From Parachlamydiales bacterium (GTDB lineage Bacteria; Chlamydiota; Chlamydiia; Chlamydiales; JAFEGQ01), in assembly GCA_050250135.1 (NCBI GenBank), contig JBFWPF010000004.1:1893-65892 (forward strand): DNA of 64,000 nucleotides, written 5' to 3'. Shown here in pieces: positions 32,808-42,915 of the stretch (the stretch's first letter is position 1; every line of letters starts with the position of its first letter). The translations under genes were made by a program, and so were the position numbers. The notes below the pieces were generated by a model. That model was not told where the DNA came from. It saw only the letters and a list, made by a program, of their open reading frames with translations, and made no database searches.

Positions 32808-35519
32808 GTGACCGAAAATAGGGAGCTGGAGCGGCTTGAGGCCCATAGGACGCGGAAGGCCAACTGGAAGAAGTGGGGCCCCTACCTCAGCGAACGGGGA
32901 TGGGGAACGGTCCGCGAAGACTATAGCCCCAATGGCGAGGCCTGGACCTTCTTCCCCCACGACCACGCCAGAAGCAAGGTCTACCGGTGGAATGAAGATG
33001 GGCTAGCCGGCATCTGCGACCGCAATCAGTACCTCTGCATGGCCTTTTCCCTGTGGAATGGGAAAGACCCCATTTTGAAAGAGCGGATGTTTGGCCTGAA
33101 TAACCAGCAGGGGAATCACGGGGAGGATGTAAAGGAGTACTGGTTCTACCTCGACTCAACGCCGACCCATAGCTACATGAAGATGCTCTACAAGTACCCC
33201 CAGGCCGAGTACCCCTACAAGAACCTGGTAGAGGAAAATGGGCGGCGAGGCTACCTCGATCCCGAGTATGAGCTCCTCGATACTGGTGTTTTTAACGAGG
33301 ACCGCTACTACGACTGCTACTTTGAGTACGCAAAGGGAGGGCAGAGCGATATCCTGTGCAAAGTGACGGTGTGTAACCGGGGACCGGAAGAGGCGCACCT
33401 CCACCTCCTCCCCAATGTCTGGTTCCGAAATACCTGGGTCTGGGGCTACGATAGCGGGCCGATGGGCGACGTTCCCGTGCGCCCTTCAATGAAGGTAGGG
33501 GAGGGGCCGCAAGGGGTCTCGACGCTTGAGTGCGAGCACAGTGCCCTGGGCAAGATGTACTTCTACGCCAATGGGGCCCCCGACCTCCTCTTCACCGAAA
33601 ATGAGACGAACAACCAGCTCCTATTCGACCTTCCCAACCGCCACCCCTACGTGAAGGATGCCTTCCACCGGTATCTGGTCAAGGAGGAGCGGGGCGCAGT
33701 CAACCCGAAAAAGGTGGGGACGAAGGCAGCCGCTCACTACAAGCTGAGAGTGCCGGCGCACGGAGAACAGACCGTTTGGCTCCGGCTCAGTAAGGAGGCC
33801 CATTCCGACCCCTTTGGCGACTTTGAGAAGGTCTTCAAAGAGCGGAAGGAGGAGGCCGATGTTTTTTATCAGACGTTGCACAACCCCGACCTTTCGGATG
33901 AGGAGCGGCGCGTTCAGCGGCAGGCCTTTGCAGGCCTCCTCTGGTCGAAGGAGCTCTACTACTACGATGTGGAACAGTGGCTCCACGGGGACAACCCCGC
34001 GATTCCCCAGGAGAAATCCCGCCTTTTCGGACGGAACCACAACTGGCAGCACCTGGTTAACTTCGATGTGATCTCGATGCCCGACAAGTGGGAGTATCCC
34101 TGGTACGCGACCTGGGACCTGGCCTTCCACTGCATTGCGCTTGTGCTGGTCGATCCCGATTTTGCCAAGCGGCAGCTCCTCTTGTTGACGCGGGAGTGGT
34201 ACATGCATCCGAACGGGGCGCTTGCGGCCTACGAGTGGAACTTTGATGATGCCAACCCGCCGGTCCACGCTTGGGCGGCGTGGCGGGTCTTTAAGATCGA
34301 TGCCAAGATGACTGGAACGCGGGACATCGAGTTTCTTGAGGGGATTTTCCATAAGCTCCTCCTCAACTTCACCTGGTGGGTCAACCGGAAGGACTCCGAA
34401 GGGAACAACGTCTTCCAAGGGGGCTTTCTCGGCCTCGACAACATCAGCATATTCGACAGAAGCCATGCGATTCCCAAAGGGGGGCGGGTCGACCAGTCCG
34501 ATGGGACGAGCTGGATGGGTTTTTACTCGCTCACGATGATGAAGATCGCCCTCGAGCTTTCGGTTGAGGACCCGATCTACCAGGATAGCGCGACCAAGTT
34601 CTTCGAGCACTTCCTTCGGATCGCCCACGCGATGACTAACCTTGGTGGCAGAGGGCACTCCCTCTGGGACAAGGAGGATGGGTTTTTCTACGATGCCCTC
34701 CACACCCCTGATGGGGCGACCCACCCGCTCAAAGTCCGCTCTCTGGTGGGCCTGATGCCGCTCCTTGCCGTCGAGACGCTGGAGCCCGAGGTGCTCGAGC
34801 GGTTTCCCGTCTTTGCCCGCCGCATTCACTGGTTTGTTAACCAGCGCCCCCACTTAGCGGGAAATATGACCTGCCTGGAGGCGCCGGGTAAAGGGGAGCG
34901 GCGGATCATGTCGATCCTCACGAAAGAGCGCCTGTTGAGTGTCCTTAAGTACCTCTTAAACGAGGAGGAGTTCCTCAGCCCTCACGGGATCCGCTCGGTC
35001 TCCAAGTACCATGAGGCCCACCCCTACACCCTCCACATCGACGGGAGCGACTACACGATCGACTACCAGCCGGCCGAGTCGAAGTCGGGTCTGTTTGGAG
35101 GGAACTCCAACTGGCGGGGGCCGGTCTGGTTCCCGATCACCTACCTGCTGATCGAGTCGCTCCAGAAGTTTCAGCACTACTACGGCGATGATTTTAAAGT
35201 GGAGTTTCCGACCGGCTCGGGAGAGCATCTCAACCTAAAAGAGATCGCCCGCCGTCTGTCGCAGCGGATGTGCAGCCTCTTTATGCCCGATGATCAGGGG
35301 AGGCGGCCAGTCCATGGAAAGCGGGAGAAGTTTCAGACCGATCCCCACTGGAAAGATCTCCTCCTCTTTCATGAGTATTTTCATGGGGACACAGGAGAGG
35401 GGCTTGGGGCCTCCCACCAGACCGGGTGGACCGGCCTTGTGGTCAAGCTGCTGCAGCAGTCGGGCGGTATCGACTACTCAACACTCTCGAATATTCCGGT
35501 TAGTGCCCACGAGGGCTAG
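32808..35519 (+). CDS. GH63-like (alpha/alpha)6-barrel glucosidase
   Basis: 903 aa with a GTG start. The conserved N-terminus [47 protein letters not shown] is typical of large bacterial MGH1/GH63-type glucosidases. [10 protein letters not shown] and the WYATWD blocks are also present. Confidence 0.8.
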   Translation: MTENRELERLEAHRTRKANWKKWGPYLSERGWGTVREDYSPNGEAWTFFPHDHARSKVYRWNEDGLAGICDRNQYLCMAFSLWNGKDPILKERMFGLNNQQGNHGEDVKEYWFYLDSTPTHSYMKMLYKYPQAEYPYKNLVEENGRRGYLDPEYELLDTGVFNEDRYYDCYFEYAKGGQSDILCKVTVCNRGPEEAHLHLLPNVWFRNTWVWGYDSGPMGDVPVRPSMKVGEGPQGVSTLECEHSALGKMYFYANGAPDLLFTENETNNQLLFDLPNRHPYVKDAFHRYLVKEERGAVNPKKVGTKAAAHYKLRVPAHGEQTVWLRLSKEAHSDPFGDFEKVFKERKEEADVFYQTLHNPDLSDEERRVQRQAFAGLLWSKELYYYDVEQWLHGDNPAIPQEKSRLFGRNHNWQHLVNFDVISMPDKWEYPWYATWDLAFHCIALVLVDPDFAKRQLLLLTREWYMHPNGALAAYEWNFDDANPPVHAWAAWRVFKIDAKMTGTRDIEFLEGIFHKLLLNFTWWVNRKDSEGNNVFQGGFLGLDNISIFDRSHAIPKGGRVDQSDGTSWMGFYSLTMMKIALELSVEDPIYQDSATKFFEHFLRIAHAMTNLGGRGHSLWDKEDGFFYDALHTPDGATHPLKVRSLVGLMPLLAVETLEPEVLERFPVFARRIHWFVNQRPHLAGNMTCLEAPGKGERRIMSILTKERLLSVLKYLLNEEEFLSPHGIRSVSKYHEAHPYTLHIDGSDYTIDYQPAESKSGLFGGNSNWRGPVWFPITYLLIESLQKFQHYYGDDFKVEFPTGSGEHLNLKEIARRLSQRMCSLFMPDDQGRRPVHGKREKFQTDPHWKDLLLFHEYFHGDTGEGLGASHQTGWTGLVVKLLQQSGGIDYSTLSNIPVSAHEG

Positions 35520-35525
35520 AGGCAG

Positions 35526-35787
35526 GGCATCTGCAAAGTCTGTGCCAGTTGTTCATTGCCTACCCTTAAGTTGATTAGGGCGTGTAATCAATTAGGGGGA
35601 GACCCCTGGGGAGCAATCCCAGCGTTCGGATCGCCTATCTATTGTAGCATTAACGTAGGGTGGGCTACTTTGTCCCCCGGGCCATGTCCCATGGACATGC
35701 GTTTTGCCTCCTACACCCCCTCTGTGCCTCTCTGTGTTCTCTGTGGTAAAATCCTATCTGAATGGTCAGCCAGACTTTGCAGATGTC
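35526..35787. repeat. mosaic intergenic repeat bounded by a 15-bp inverted repeat
   Basis: CATCTGCAAAGTCTG (35528-35542) pairs with CAGACTTTGCAGATG (35771-35785). Inside are TTGATTAGGGCGTGTAATCAA (35571-35591, the same sequence as the 13656 TIR), CCCCTGGGGAGCAATCCCAGCGTTCGG (35603-35629) and CTCTGTGTTCTCTGTGGTAAAA (about 35730-35751). It fills the whole gap between two convergent genes. Confidence 0.65.
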
Positions 35788-35793
35788 CTGGGG

Positions 35794-36660
35794 CTAGAGG
35801 AGTTTGAAGTAGGCCTCTTGTGCCTTTTGGAGGGCTTCGCTGCCGCTAGGGTCTAGCTGCCAGTTCTGGTGGGCATATTTGAAGATCTCTCCTAGGTTCC
35901 TCTTACGCTCCTCTGAGAGGGTGGCATATTCGGTGCGGAGGGACCAACTGAGGTACTCAAATAGAGGAGCAGCCTCAGCCGGGGCGCTGTTCTCCCACAT
36001 GCCCAAAATCCACCAGGCAAGTCGGCAGTCGGCATCCCACTTGGCGCACAGGAACTCAAAGTACTGGCTCAGGTTGGCCCATTTGTTCATCGCCAGCCAG
36101 TTGTTGTAGGTAGTGACTTGAGGAACGGTCGAAATCGCTTTGTAGTCCTCCCAAGCGCCTCTGAGATAGCCATATTGCATGATAAGTTGGCGGCAAAGCA
36201 GCGGCTCCTCGATAGTGGGCATTCTTCTCATCTCGTCCATAAAGGTCCGCAGGTGCCCCGTTACCTTCTGCAGATGCCCCTTCCAGTCATGCTCACTATC
36301 AGAAGACCACCCCTTCATCTCAGCAAAGAGCTTTGCTAGCTCCTCGCCAGGCATCTTTTGGATAGTGGGCTTGGTGTGCGGCTGCACCTCTTTGGAGAAG
36401 CGGTCAAGGGTGGCAAGGTCGACCGGTGTGATTGTTGGCAGCGTAGGGGGAGGTGGTGGCGGAGGAGAGTCCTCCACTACCCACCGGCGCGCAATCAGGG
36501 AGAGGGAGAGAGGGGTCAGCGCCGCTGCATAGAGGGCAGCCTTGTAGGGGATCTCCTGCGCAAGGCGGATGGCCAGGGCCGTTGCTATCCCATGGAGGCA
36601 CAGTGAAGCGGTTAACTCCCCACTCGTCTTAGGATGGACAATCGGTTGAATAGAGGGCAT
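35794..36660 (-). CDS. membrane-anchored hypothetical protein (hairpin-TM type)
   Basis: 288 aa. The N-terminus LTASLCLHGIATALAIRLAQEIPYKAALYAAALTPLSLSLIA has the same helix / short loop / helix layout as 4633..5235 and 5456..6577. A PPPPPP linker and a Trp-rich soluble domain follow. Confidence 0.6.
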   Translation of the reverse strand: MPSIQPIVHPKTSGELTASLCLHGIATALAIRLAQEIPYKAALYAAALTPLSLSLIARRWVVEDSPPPPPPPTLPTITPVDLATLDRFSKEVQPHTKPTIQKMPGEELAKLFAEMKGWSSDSEHDWKGHLQKVTGHLRTFMDEMRRMPTIEEPLLCRQLIMQYGYLRGAWEDYKAISTVPQVTTYNNWLAMNKWANLSQYFEFLCAKWDADCRLAWWILGMWENSAPAEAAPLFEYLSWSLRTEYATLSEERKRNLGEIFKYAHQNWQLDPSGSEALQKAQEAYFKLL

Positions 36661-36668
36661 CGGAATCC

Positions 36669-36992
36669 CTACTTCCCTGCAAGGCTCTTGGTCGCCGGCC
36701 AGTTAAGGTAGCAGGCCCCAGCGCCCAGCCCCGCCAGCATCAGCAGGTCGATCTGCGCCCCAAATGGGGAGAAGCGGGCCCCGAGTAGAGAGCGCCCCAA
36801 ATTAAAGCCAATGAGGGTCAGGTTGCTGTAGTGAACTGGGTCTTTAATATTTTTCTTGTCGATGATGTAGCCCGCCGCCAAAAGGGTCGGAGAGACCAGA
36901 AGAGGAGACCAACCCAAAAGGGTAGAAACAACCGTAGGGGCAACAACAATAAGCCCAGTAACAGCCTTCTCAGAATTAATCGTGCTGTCCAT
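36669..36992 (-). CDS. small membrane protein
   Basis: 107 aa with 3-4 hydrophobic segments. It ends 8 nt upstream of the next gene on the same strand. Confidence 0.5.
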   Translation of the reverse strand: MDSTINSEKAVTGLIVVAPTVVSTLLGWSPLLVSPTLLAAGYIIDKKNIKDPVHYSNLTLIGFNLGRSLLGARFSPFGAQIDLLMLAGLGAGACYLNWPATKSLAGK

Positions 36993-37118
36993 CTAATAAC
37001 ACCACCTTTTTGTGAGGGAGTATAGTTCTTGGGCTATTATTCTGTCAATGGTGTCAATTTAAAATAAATTTTAGTATTTTATACCCTATTGGGATCGGGT
37101 ACAATCTTTGCCGATTGT

Positions 37119-37709
37119 ATGCGAAAAATCTCCATTACCAGTTTTATCTGTGCCCTCCTCCTCACGGTCTCCCTCTTTGGAGCCCATCCTCTTTTCTCCC
37201 GCTATCCCAAGGAGATGGAGGGGGCGGTAGAGGCGATCTCGGCCCTCCCTGAGGCAAAGGCCCTCCTTGATACGGTCTACCGGGAGGGGAGGGTTGAGCT
37301 GATCTCCGAACATGGCTATGGCAATTTCTCCGCCTTTTGGGTGGGGGGGCGCCGGGCCGTCTGCGTCCCCGATGTCAAAAGGAAGGAACAGGGGGAGCTG
37401 ATCCGCTCGATCCTTTTTGAGCTCCATAACGCCAAGGCCAACGGGAAGTTGGCCACCCTTGATCGGCAGGTCAGGGGGGGTAAGATCTCCCGGGCAGCCT
37501 TTGTCGAGGGGGTCGAACGGATTGAGTTTCAGAATGTTCAGGAGGCCTGCGCCCTCTTGCGCAGAGGGGTGGCCAGGGGGATCTTCCCCAAGACGGCCCT
37601 GTGGGAGATGCCCACTCAGTTTGACGAGTACTATCTGATTCAGCAAAGGGCGGGCCATTCGGCTTGGATTGGCCACCGCTACGACCAGATGATTGCGGGC
37701 CGCACCTAG
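37119..37709 (+). CDS. secreted hypothetical protein
   Basis: ORF 37089..37709. The ATG at 37119 gives a signal-peptide-like MRKISITSFICALLLTVSLFGA. No domain recognised. Confidence 0.55.
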   Translation: MRKISITSFICALLLTVSLFGAHPLFSRYPKEMEGAVEAISALPEAKALLDTVYREGRVELISEHGYGNFSAFWVGGRRAVCVPDVKRKEQGELIRSILFELHNAKANGKLATLDRQVRGGKISRAAFVEGVERIEFQNVQEACALLRRGVARGIFPKTALWEMPTQFDEYYLIQQRAGHSAWIGHRYDQMIAGRT

Positions 37710-37767
37710 CCCTTTATCTTACCACCTGTTAACTGTAAGGAAAATATTTCCTTAACAGGAGTGGGTG

Positions 37768-39525
37768 ATGAAGGGGATTGCGTTGGGGCTGGCTCTAGTA
37801 GCGGGGGCCCCCTTATTAGGATTATCGACGATCGATGAGGGGCCCATACACGAGGGCTATATCCAGCCGATCGAGGGGGGGATCCTCCTCTCGGCGGTGG
37901 AGAAGGCGCCGCCCGAGAGGGAGGTTGTGGAGAGGCTCCCTGCCTCTCCTGATGAACAGGCCGACTGGCTATCGGGTTACTGGGCTTGGAATGGGGACTC
38001 CTATGTCTGGATGAGCGGTGTGTGGCGCCGCCCCCCACCGGGCCATCTCTGGATCGAGGGGAGCTGGAAGGAGTATCCCGAGGGGTGGGTCTGGTCCCCT
38101 GGCTTTTGGAGCCCTGTTGCGGAGAGTGAGCTGGAGTATATTGGAGATCCCCCGCCCGATCCGATCGAAGAGGAGGCCTCCGATCCGCCAGTGGAGAGCT
38201 TTTGGATGCCGGGCTATTGGTCCTATAACGAATCGAGCCGCGATTATGCATGGGTGAGCGGCGAGTGGATGCGTTTCGATCCGAACTGGGTGCTTGTGCC
38301 CGCCCACTATGTGTGGCGCCCGCAGGGGTATGTGTTTATCCGCGCCTATTGGGATTGGCCGCTTGAGTCGCGAGGGAGCGCCTATGCGCCGGTTCGGGCG
38401 AGGGGGGGCGAGACCTACACGCCCGATGAGACGCTCGATGATGAGACCCTTGTTCGCCGCTTGGTGGTCTACTACCCGAACTACCTCTGCTTCTATCACC
38501 ACCACTACTACTACCACTACAATTTCTGGGCCGGATGGTGGGGGACCCCTCCCTGGTGGGGATGGAACAGCTGGTGGAGTTTTGGCTGGGGCCCCCACTG
38601 GGATGTCTGGTGGTGGTACACCCATCCCGGCTTTCCCCACCCGATCTGGCTGAACAAGTCGATGGCGGGAAGGATCTGGCCGGCGCCCCGTGCCCTGAGG
38701 GGACGGATGCGTGGAAATTGGGGTTGGCCGCTCAACATCACCCCTCACGGAATGGCGCCCGTATCGGCTGCCCGGGGGGCAATGGGGAGGCGGGGTCTTC
38801 CGGTTCTCCCTGCCAACCCGCGGCGGCGGGAGGATCTTATCAGGGGCGCTGTCCCTGAGCGGCATGAGAGGCCCCTTCGGCCCGAAGGGAGGGCTGGTGA
38901 GGCGCAGGAGCGACGGGGTATTCCGGGGCCCCGACCCGATTTCGGCCCGCGCCCCGATGTGAACCGCAGGCCGCCAACCGCCCCTCCTTTAACACCGGGC
39001 AGAAGGCCTCCGATTGGGGAGCGGGGACAGAGAGGTCCTCGGCCCACAGCGCCCCAGCCGGTGCAGCCGGGTGTCCGTCCCCATCCCCCCCGCCCAGCGC
39101 CGGGAAGAGGGCCTAGCCAAGTGACTCCGCCAGGAAGGGGACCTAGTCAAGTGACTCCGCCAGGCAGAGGGCCTAGCCAAGTGACTCCGCCAGGAAGGGG
39201 ACCTAGTCAAGTCACGCCGCCAGGCAGAGGGCCTAGCCAAGTGACTCCGCCGGGAAGGGGACCTAGCCAAGTCACGCCGCCAGGCAGAGGGCCCAGCGAA
39301 GTTACCCCTCCTAGTCGCGGCCCCTCACAGGTGACCCCTCAGCCGAATTACCCCTCAAGGATGGCGCCCCGCCAATACCAACCTCGCCAATACCAACCTC
39401 GACAGGTGCAACCGAGGCAATTCCAGCCCCAGCGCTCGGCGCCCTCTGGAGGCGGTTATCAGGGAGGGGGAGGCTATCGAGGCGGAGGTGGTGGCGGAGG
39501 TGGCCGCGGAGGTGGCCATCGCTAA
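37768..39525 (+). CDS. secreted WxxGxW/YxWxxGxW-repeat protein with Trp/Tyr/His-rich core, Pro/Arg-rich tandem repeats and Gly/Arg tail
   Basis: ATG at 37768 (the track start at 37765 is a GTG). Signal peptide MKGIALGLALVAGAPLLG. Repeats include GYWAWNGDSYVWMSGVW, WIEGSWKEYPEGWVWSPGFW and PGYWSYNESSRDYAWVSGEW. The core reads YHHHYYYHYNFWAGWWGTPPWWGWNSWWSFGWGPHWDVWWWY. Then come 8x PGRGPSQVTP, PRQYQPRQYQPRQVQPRQFQ, and the tail GGGYQGGGGYRGGGGGGGGRGGGHR. Confidence 0.7.
   Translation: MKGIALGLALVAGAPLLGLSTIDEGPIHEGYIQPIEGGILLSAVEKAPPEREVVERLPASPDEQADWLSGYWAWNGDSYVWMSGVWRRPPPGHLWIEGSWKEYPEGWVWSPGFWSPVAESELEYIGDPPPDPIEEEASDPPVESFWMPGYWSYNESSRDYAWVSGEWMRFDPNWVLVPAHYVWRPQGYVFIRAYWDWPLESRGSAYAPVRARGGETYTPDETLDDETLVRRLVVYYPNYLCFYHHHYYYHYNFWAGWWGTPPWWGWNSWWSFGWGPHWDVWWWYTHPGFPHPIWLNKSMAGRIWPAPRALRGRMRGNWGWPLNITPHGMAPVSAARGAMGRRGLPVLPANPRRREDLIRGAVPERHERPLRPEGRAGEAQERRGIPGPRPDFGPRPDVNRRPPTAPPLTPGRRPPIGERGQRGPRPTAPQPVQPGVRPHPPRPAPGRGPSQVTPPGRGPSQVTPPGRGPSQVTPPGRGPSQVTPPGRGPSQVTPPGRGPSQVTPPGRGPSEVTPPSRGPSQVTPQPNYPSRMAPRQYQPRQYQPRQVQPRQFQPQRSAPSGGGYQGGGGYRGGGGGGGGRGGGHR
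39100..39339. repeat. in-frame tandem repeat, 8 x 30 bp (PGRGPSQVTP)
   Basis: The unit CCGGGAAGAGGGCCTAGCCAAGTGACTCCG has two alternating synonymous variants, giving a 60-bp super-period. A 4 x 15 bp repeat follows at 39368-39427 (CGCCAATACCAACCT). Confidence 0.9.
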
Positions 39526-39527
39526 GC

Positions 39528-40946
39528 CTACCAGAGGCCGAGCCAGTGCCACCAGAGGCTTCCTAGTCCCCCCCAGACGAGGATGTTGACAAGGCCGCAG
39601 AGAAGGCCAACCCGCCACCAGGTCTTGATGTCGACATAGCCCGTTCCAAAGAGGAGGGGAGCTGCTGCCGTCCCATAGTGGGTGATCCCCGCAAAGAGGC
39701 AGCTAAAGTAGGCGAGGGTAAGGAGCGCTAGCATGGGCGGCGTCCCTAACCCGATCGCAATGGTGGCAAAGGGGACAAAAAAGGCCGAGATATGACTCGT
39801 GTTCCCGGCGAAGAGGTAATGGGCAAAAAAGTAGAGGAGGGCAAGGCAGGGGAAGGCTACTTGCCAGGAGACTCCTCCGAGTTGCCTCGTGATCATCCCC
39901 CCAATCCAATCGGTAACGCCTAAGGTCTGCAGATGGGTCGCCATCATGATAAGGGTGGCGTACCAAATGAGGGTCTCCCACGCCCGCTTCTCTCCCGTAA
40001 TCTCATCCCAATTCAGGACACCGGTGATTAGAAGAAGGGTGATCCCGGTCATAGCGGCAACAGCAGGGGCTACTCCAAAGGTTGCCCCTCCGATCCAGAG
40101 CGTAAGCAACAGGAGGAGAATGGAGAGGGTGATCCCCTCCTTGCGGGAGAGGGGGCCAAGCTCCTTCAGCTTCTCCTTAGCGACATTTCGCGCATCAGAG
40201 GCCGCCCCGGTGCCGGGAGGGACGAGGCGGTAGAGGAGGGCAGGGATAGCGAGTAGGCTCACAATGGCAGGCACCAAAGCGGCCAAGGTCCAAGTGGTCC
40301 AGGAGAGGGTGTAGCCAAGGCCGCGGGCGAGCTCAGCGATAAAGAGGTTGGAGGCCATCGCCGTAAGGAAAAGGGAGCTGGTGATCACCGATCCCTGGAA
40401 GGCACAGAGGGTAAGGAAGGCGGCCATTTTGGGAGGGGCCTTTGACCCCTCCACAAGGCCCCGGAGGATCGGCATGACAATTCCCCCCGAGCGGGCGGTA
40501 TCGCTGGGAATAGCGGGGGCGAGGGAAAGGTCAGCCAGGATCAGCCCCATCCCAAGGCCGAGTGTCCGCTTGCCCAAGAGCGAGATCAGGGAGTAGGCCA
40601 TCCGAGTCGCCAGGCCTGAGGTAAAAAAGCCGCGGGCGATGATAAAGGCGGAGAAGACGAGCCAGACGACCGGGTTCCCAAAGGAGGCGAGCGATTCCTT
40701 GAGGGGCAACGTCCCCGTCAAGAGGGTGAGGGTCAAGCCGGTAAAGGCGACCGCCCCCATCGGGAGGGGCTTGAGAATAATACCCGCAATCGTGGCCAAA
40801 AAGAGGGCGAGGAGGTGCCACCCCTCAAGGGAAACCCCCACTGGAGCCGGCAAGAACCAGAGAAGGGCGCCGAGGGAAAAGCAGAGGAGGAGGGGGGGGA
40901 GGCGGAGAGAGGGGGCTAAAATTCCCGCTTGGGGAGAGGTACTCAT
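39528..40946 (-). CDS. DASS/SLC13 family anion (di/tricarboxylate) transporter
   Basis: ORF 39528..41060. The ATG at 40946 is preferred because it avoids overlap with the divergent gene. The protein is polytopic, with the conserved hairpin motif PSDTARSGGIVMPI plus GNTSHISAFFVP in the second half. Confidence 0.83.
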   Translation of the reverse strand: MSTSPQAGILAPSLRLPPLLLCFSLGALLWFLPAPVGVSLEGWHLLALFLATIAGIILKPLPMGAVAFTGLTLTLLTGTLPLKESLASFGNPVVWLVFSAFIIARGFFTSGLATRMAYSLISLLGKRTLGLGMGLILADLSLAPAIPSDTARSGGIVMPILRGLVEGSKAPPKMAAFLTLCAFQGSVITSSLFLTAMASNLFIAELARGLGYTLSWTTWTLAALVPAIVSLLAIPALLYRLVPPGTGAASDARNVAKEKLKELGPLSRKEGITLSILLLLLTLWIGGATFGVAPAVAAMTGITLLLITGVLNWDEITGEKRAWETLIWYATLIMMATHLQTLGVTDWIGGMITRQLGGVSWQVAFPCLALLYFFAHYLFAGNTSHISAFFVPFATIAIGLGTPPMLALLTLAYFSCLFAGITHYGTAAAPLLFGTGYVDIKTWWRVGLLCGLVNILVWGGLGSLWWHWLGLW

Positions 40947-41004
40947 AAAGAGTCGGTTTCTGTAATGTAGGAGGGAGTATACCCTTTTTTGCAGGAGAAA
41001 GCGA

Positions 41005-41658
41005 GTGAAAAAATGGCTTATAATATTGCTGGTGGGTCTAGGGGGGGTTGCCTCAGCCAAGGTGACTCAGGAAGAGGTACTCCGGTACTGGCTTGGGCCC
41101 CTCGACGGTCCTACCGACTTTCCCGTTCACAAGGCGCAGATTTGGTGGATGAAGGACCCTGAGGTCGACGCCGACATCCGGCAGAAGTTTGGGGCCGCTG
41201 TTGAGGCCGCTGCCAGGGGGGAGTATGACCACTGGACAGCGACTCCGCGGGGGCGCCTTGCCTTGATCATCCTGCTCGACCAGTTCACCCGCAATCTCAA
41301 CCGAGATAAGGGGGAGGCCTTTGCTAACGACGAGAAGGCGCTGCGGTTAGCGATGGAGGGGATTGCAAGGGGGGAGCATACCCGTCTCTATCCGGTGGAG
41401 AGGGCCTTTCTCTACCTCCCCTTGGAGCATGCTGAGGACCCCTACTACCAAGAGCGGTCGGTCGACCTCTTTGAGCAGCTAGCGCGGGAGGTCGATCCTG
41501 AGATTAGGGCCCCCTTTGAGAGCTTTCTCGATTATGCTCGGCAGCACAAGGTGATCATCGACCGCTTTGCCCGCTTTCCCCATCGAAACCGCCCCCTCCT
41601 GCGCGATTCGACTCAGGCTGAGGTTGCCTTTCTCAGGGAGTGGGGAAATCCCTTCTAA
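41005..41658 (+). CDS. DUF924 family protein with N-terminal signal/anchor
   Basis: 217 aa with a GTG start after AGGAGAAAG. LALIILLDQFTRN, FLYLPLEHAED and RFARFPHRNRPLLRDSTQAEVAFL are typical DUF924 blocks. Confidence 0.8.
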   Translation: MKKWLIILLVGLGGVASAKVTQEEVLRYWLGPLDGPTDFPVHKAQIWWMKDPEVDADIRQKFGAAVEAAARGEYDHWTATPRGRLALIILLDQFTRNLNRDKGEAFANDEKALRLAMEGIARGEHTRLYPVERAFLYLPLEHAEDPYYQERSVDLFEQLAREVDPEIRAPFESFLDYARQHKVIIDRFARFPHRNRPLLRDSTQAEVAFLREWGNPF

Positions 41659-42906
41659 ATGGGGCAGACACTTTCTGCATCGAGACGGTCGTGGACCATT
41701 GGGACTCTCTACCTGCTGGTCTTTGCTAATTCCTTGGGTAAGACAGTCATCTTGCTCTTTGTTGCGATACTCCTTTTCGACAGGAATAGCCCCTTTCTCC
41801 CCGAGCAAACCTCCGAGGCAGCGCGTTATCTCCTCTACGGGTTGCTAATCGGGGCGTCGGCTGCAGTAGAGCTGGTTATAACCCCGTTTGTGGGAGCCAT
41901 TTCGGACCGCTATGGGCGGCGGGCCATTCTTTTGGTGACGACCCTCAGCGGCATCCTCGGGTATGTCCTGTGCGTCTTTGGCAGTTATCTCTTCAGCGTC
42001 CCTCTCCTCATGCTGGGACGAGCGGTTTCGGGCCTCTCCACAGCCAATGTTTCGATCTCCATGGCCTGCATCACCGACCTAACGACTCCCCAAAATCGGG
42101 GGCGCTATATGTCGATAATCTCGATTTGCCAAGGGTTTGGCTGGGGGGTGGGCCCTCCGATAGGGGCCTACTTGGCCGATCCCACCCTCTTCCCTGGAGC
42201 GGGGCCTGCGATTCCCTTTATTCTTATGGTTGCCCTACTGGGGCTCGGCTGGCTGCTGCTGCTTAGCGCGGCGGAGACGGTGACCCCAAACCGAGCCCCC
42301 CTTAACCTCGGCGATCTCTACAGCGCCTTTCAGGCTACCTTTCGGGTAAGGGGGGTGGGTACCCTCTTCCTGATCTGTGGCGTGATGGTGATCGGTGTTG
42401 TCCTCTACGTCCACTTTTTTGGCCTCTACCTCACCGAGCGGTTTGAGATGACCCCGCAACGGATCACCCTTGTTTTCCTCTACCTGGCCTTCTGGCGCCT
42501 TGTGGGCGGGTTCCTTGCCAACCTCCTCTTCAAGTATTTCCCAGCAAGGCAACTGGCCACGATCCCCATGTGGGTGCTTGCTGCCGCCTGCCTTGTGGTC
42601 CTCCTTCCCCTCAGCCCCGTCCATCTCTACTGGATAGTCCCCCTAGCTGCCCTTTCGGCTACCATCGTAACGGCCTGCTTCTTCACCCTGTTTGGTGACG
42701 CTGCCCATCCCGACATGCGTGGAAAGACCTTCGCAGGGGTCCAGAGCCTGCTCGCCTTTGCCTTTTTGGCCGTTCCTTTTGTCGCAGTGGGGCTAGCGGT
42801 AGCTTGGCTTGACCTCCCCAACCTACTGGGCGGGGTACTTATGCTGGGAGCGACGCTGTGGTACATGAGAGCCGTTGCTCCCAAGAGGTTCTCGGGTAGC
42901 CGCTAG
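41659..42906 (+). CDS. MFS transporter (12 TM)
   Basis: 415 aa. The ATG lies immediately after the DUF924 stop. The MFS motif GAISDRYGRRAIL is present and the protein is hydrophobic throughout. Confidence 0.85.
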   Translation: MGQTLSASRRSWTIGTLYLLVFANSLGKTVILLFVAILLFDRNSPFLPEQTSEAARYLLYGLLIGASAAVELVITPFVGAISDRYGRRAILLVTTLSGILGYVLCVFGSYLFSVPLLMLGRAVSGLSTANVSISMACITDLTTPQNRGRYMSIISICQGFGWGVGPPIGAYLADPTLFPGAGPAIPFILMVALLGLGWLLLLSAAETVTPNRAPLNLGDLYSAFQATFRVRGVGTLFLICGVMVIGVVLYVHFFGLYLTERFEMTPQRITLVFLYLAFWRLVGGFLANLLFKYFPARQLATIPMWVLAAACLVVLLPLSPVHLYWIVPLAALSATIVTACFFTLFGDAAHPDMRGKTFAGVQSLLAFAFLAVPFVAVGLAVAWLDLPNLLGGVLMLGATLWYMRAVAPKRFSGSR

Positions 42907-42915
42907 GGCGTACCC

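Noticed and set aside
33621-34853. 410-aa ORF antisense to the GH63-like glucosidase
   Set aside because: It is fully contained in a strongly supported gene on the other strand. It has no motifs and a composition biased toward Val/Pro/Gly/Arg and Leu, as expected for the reverse frame of a GC-rich gene.
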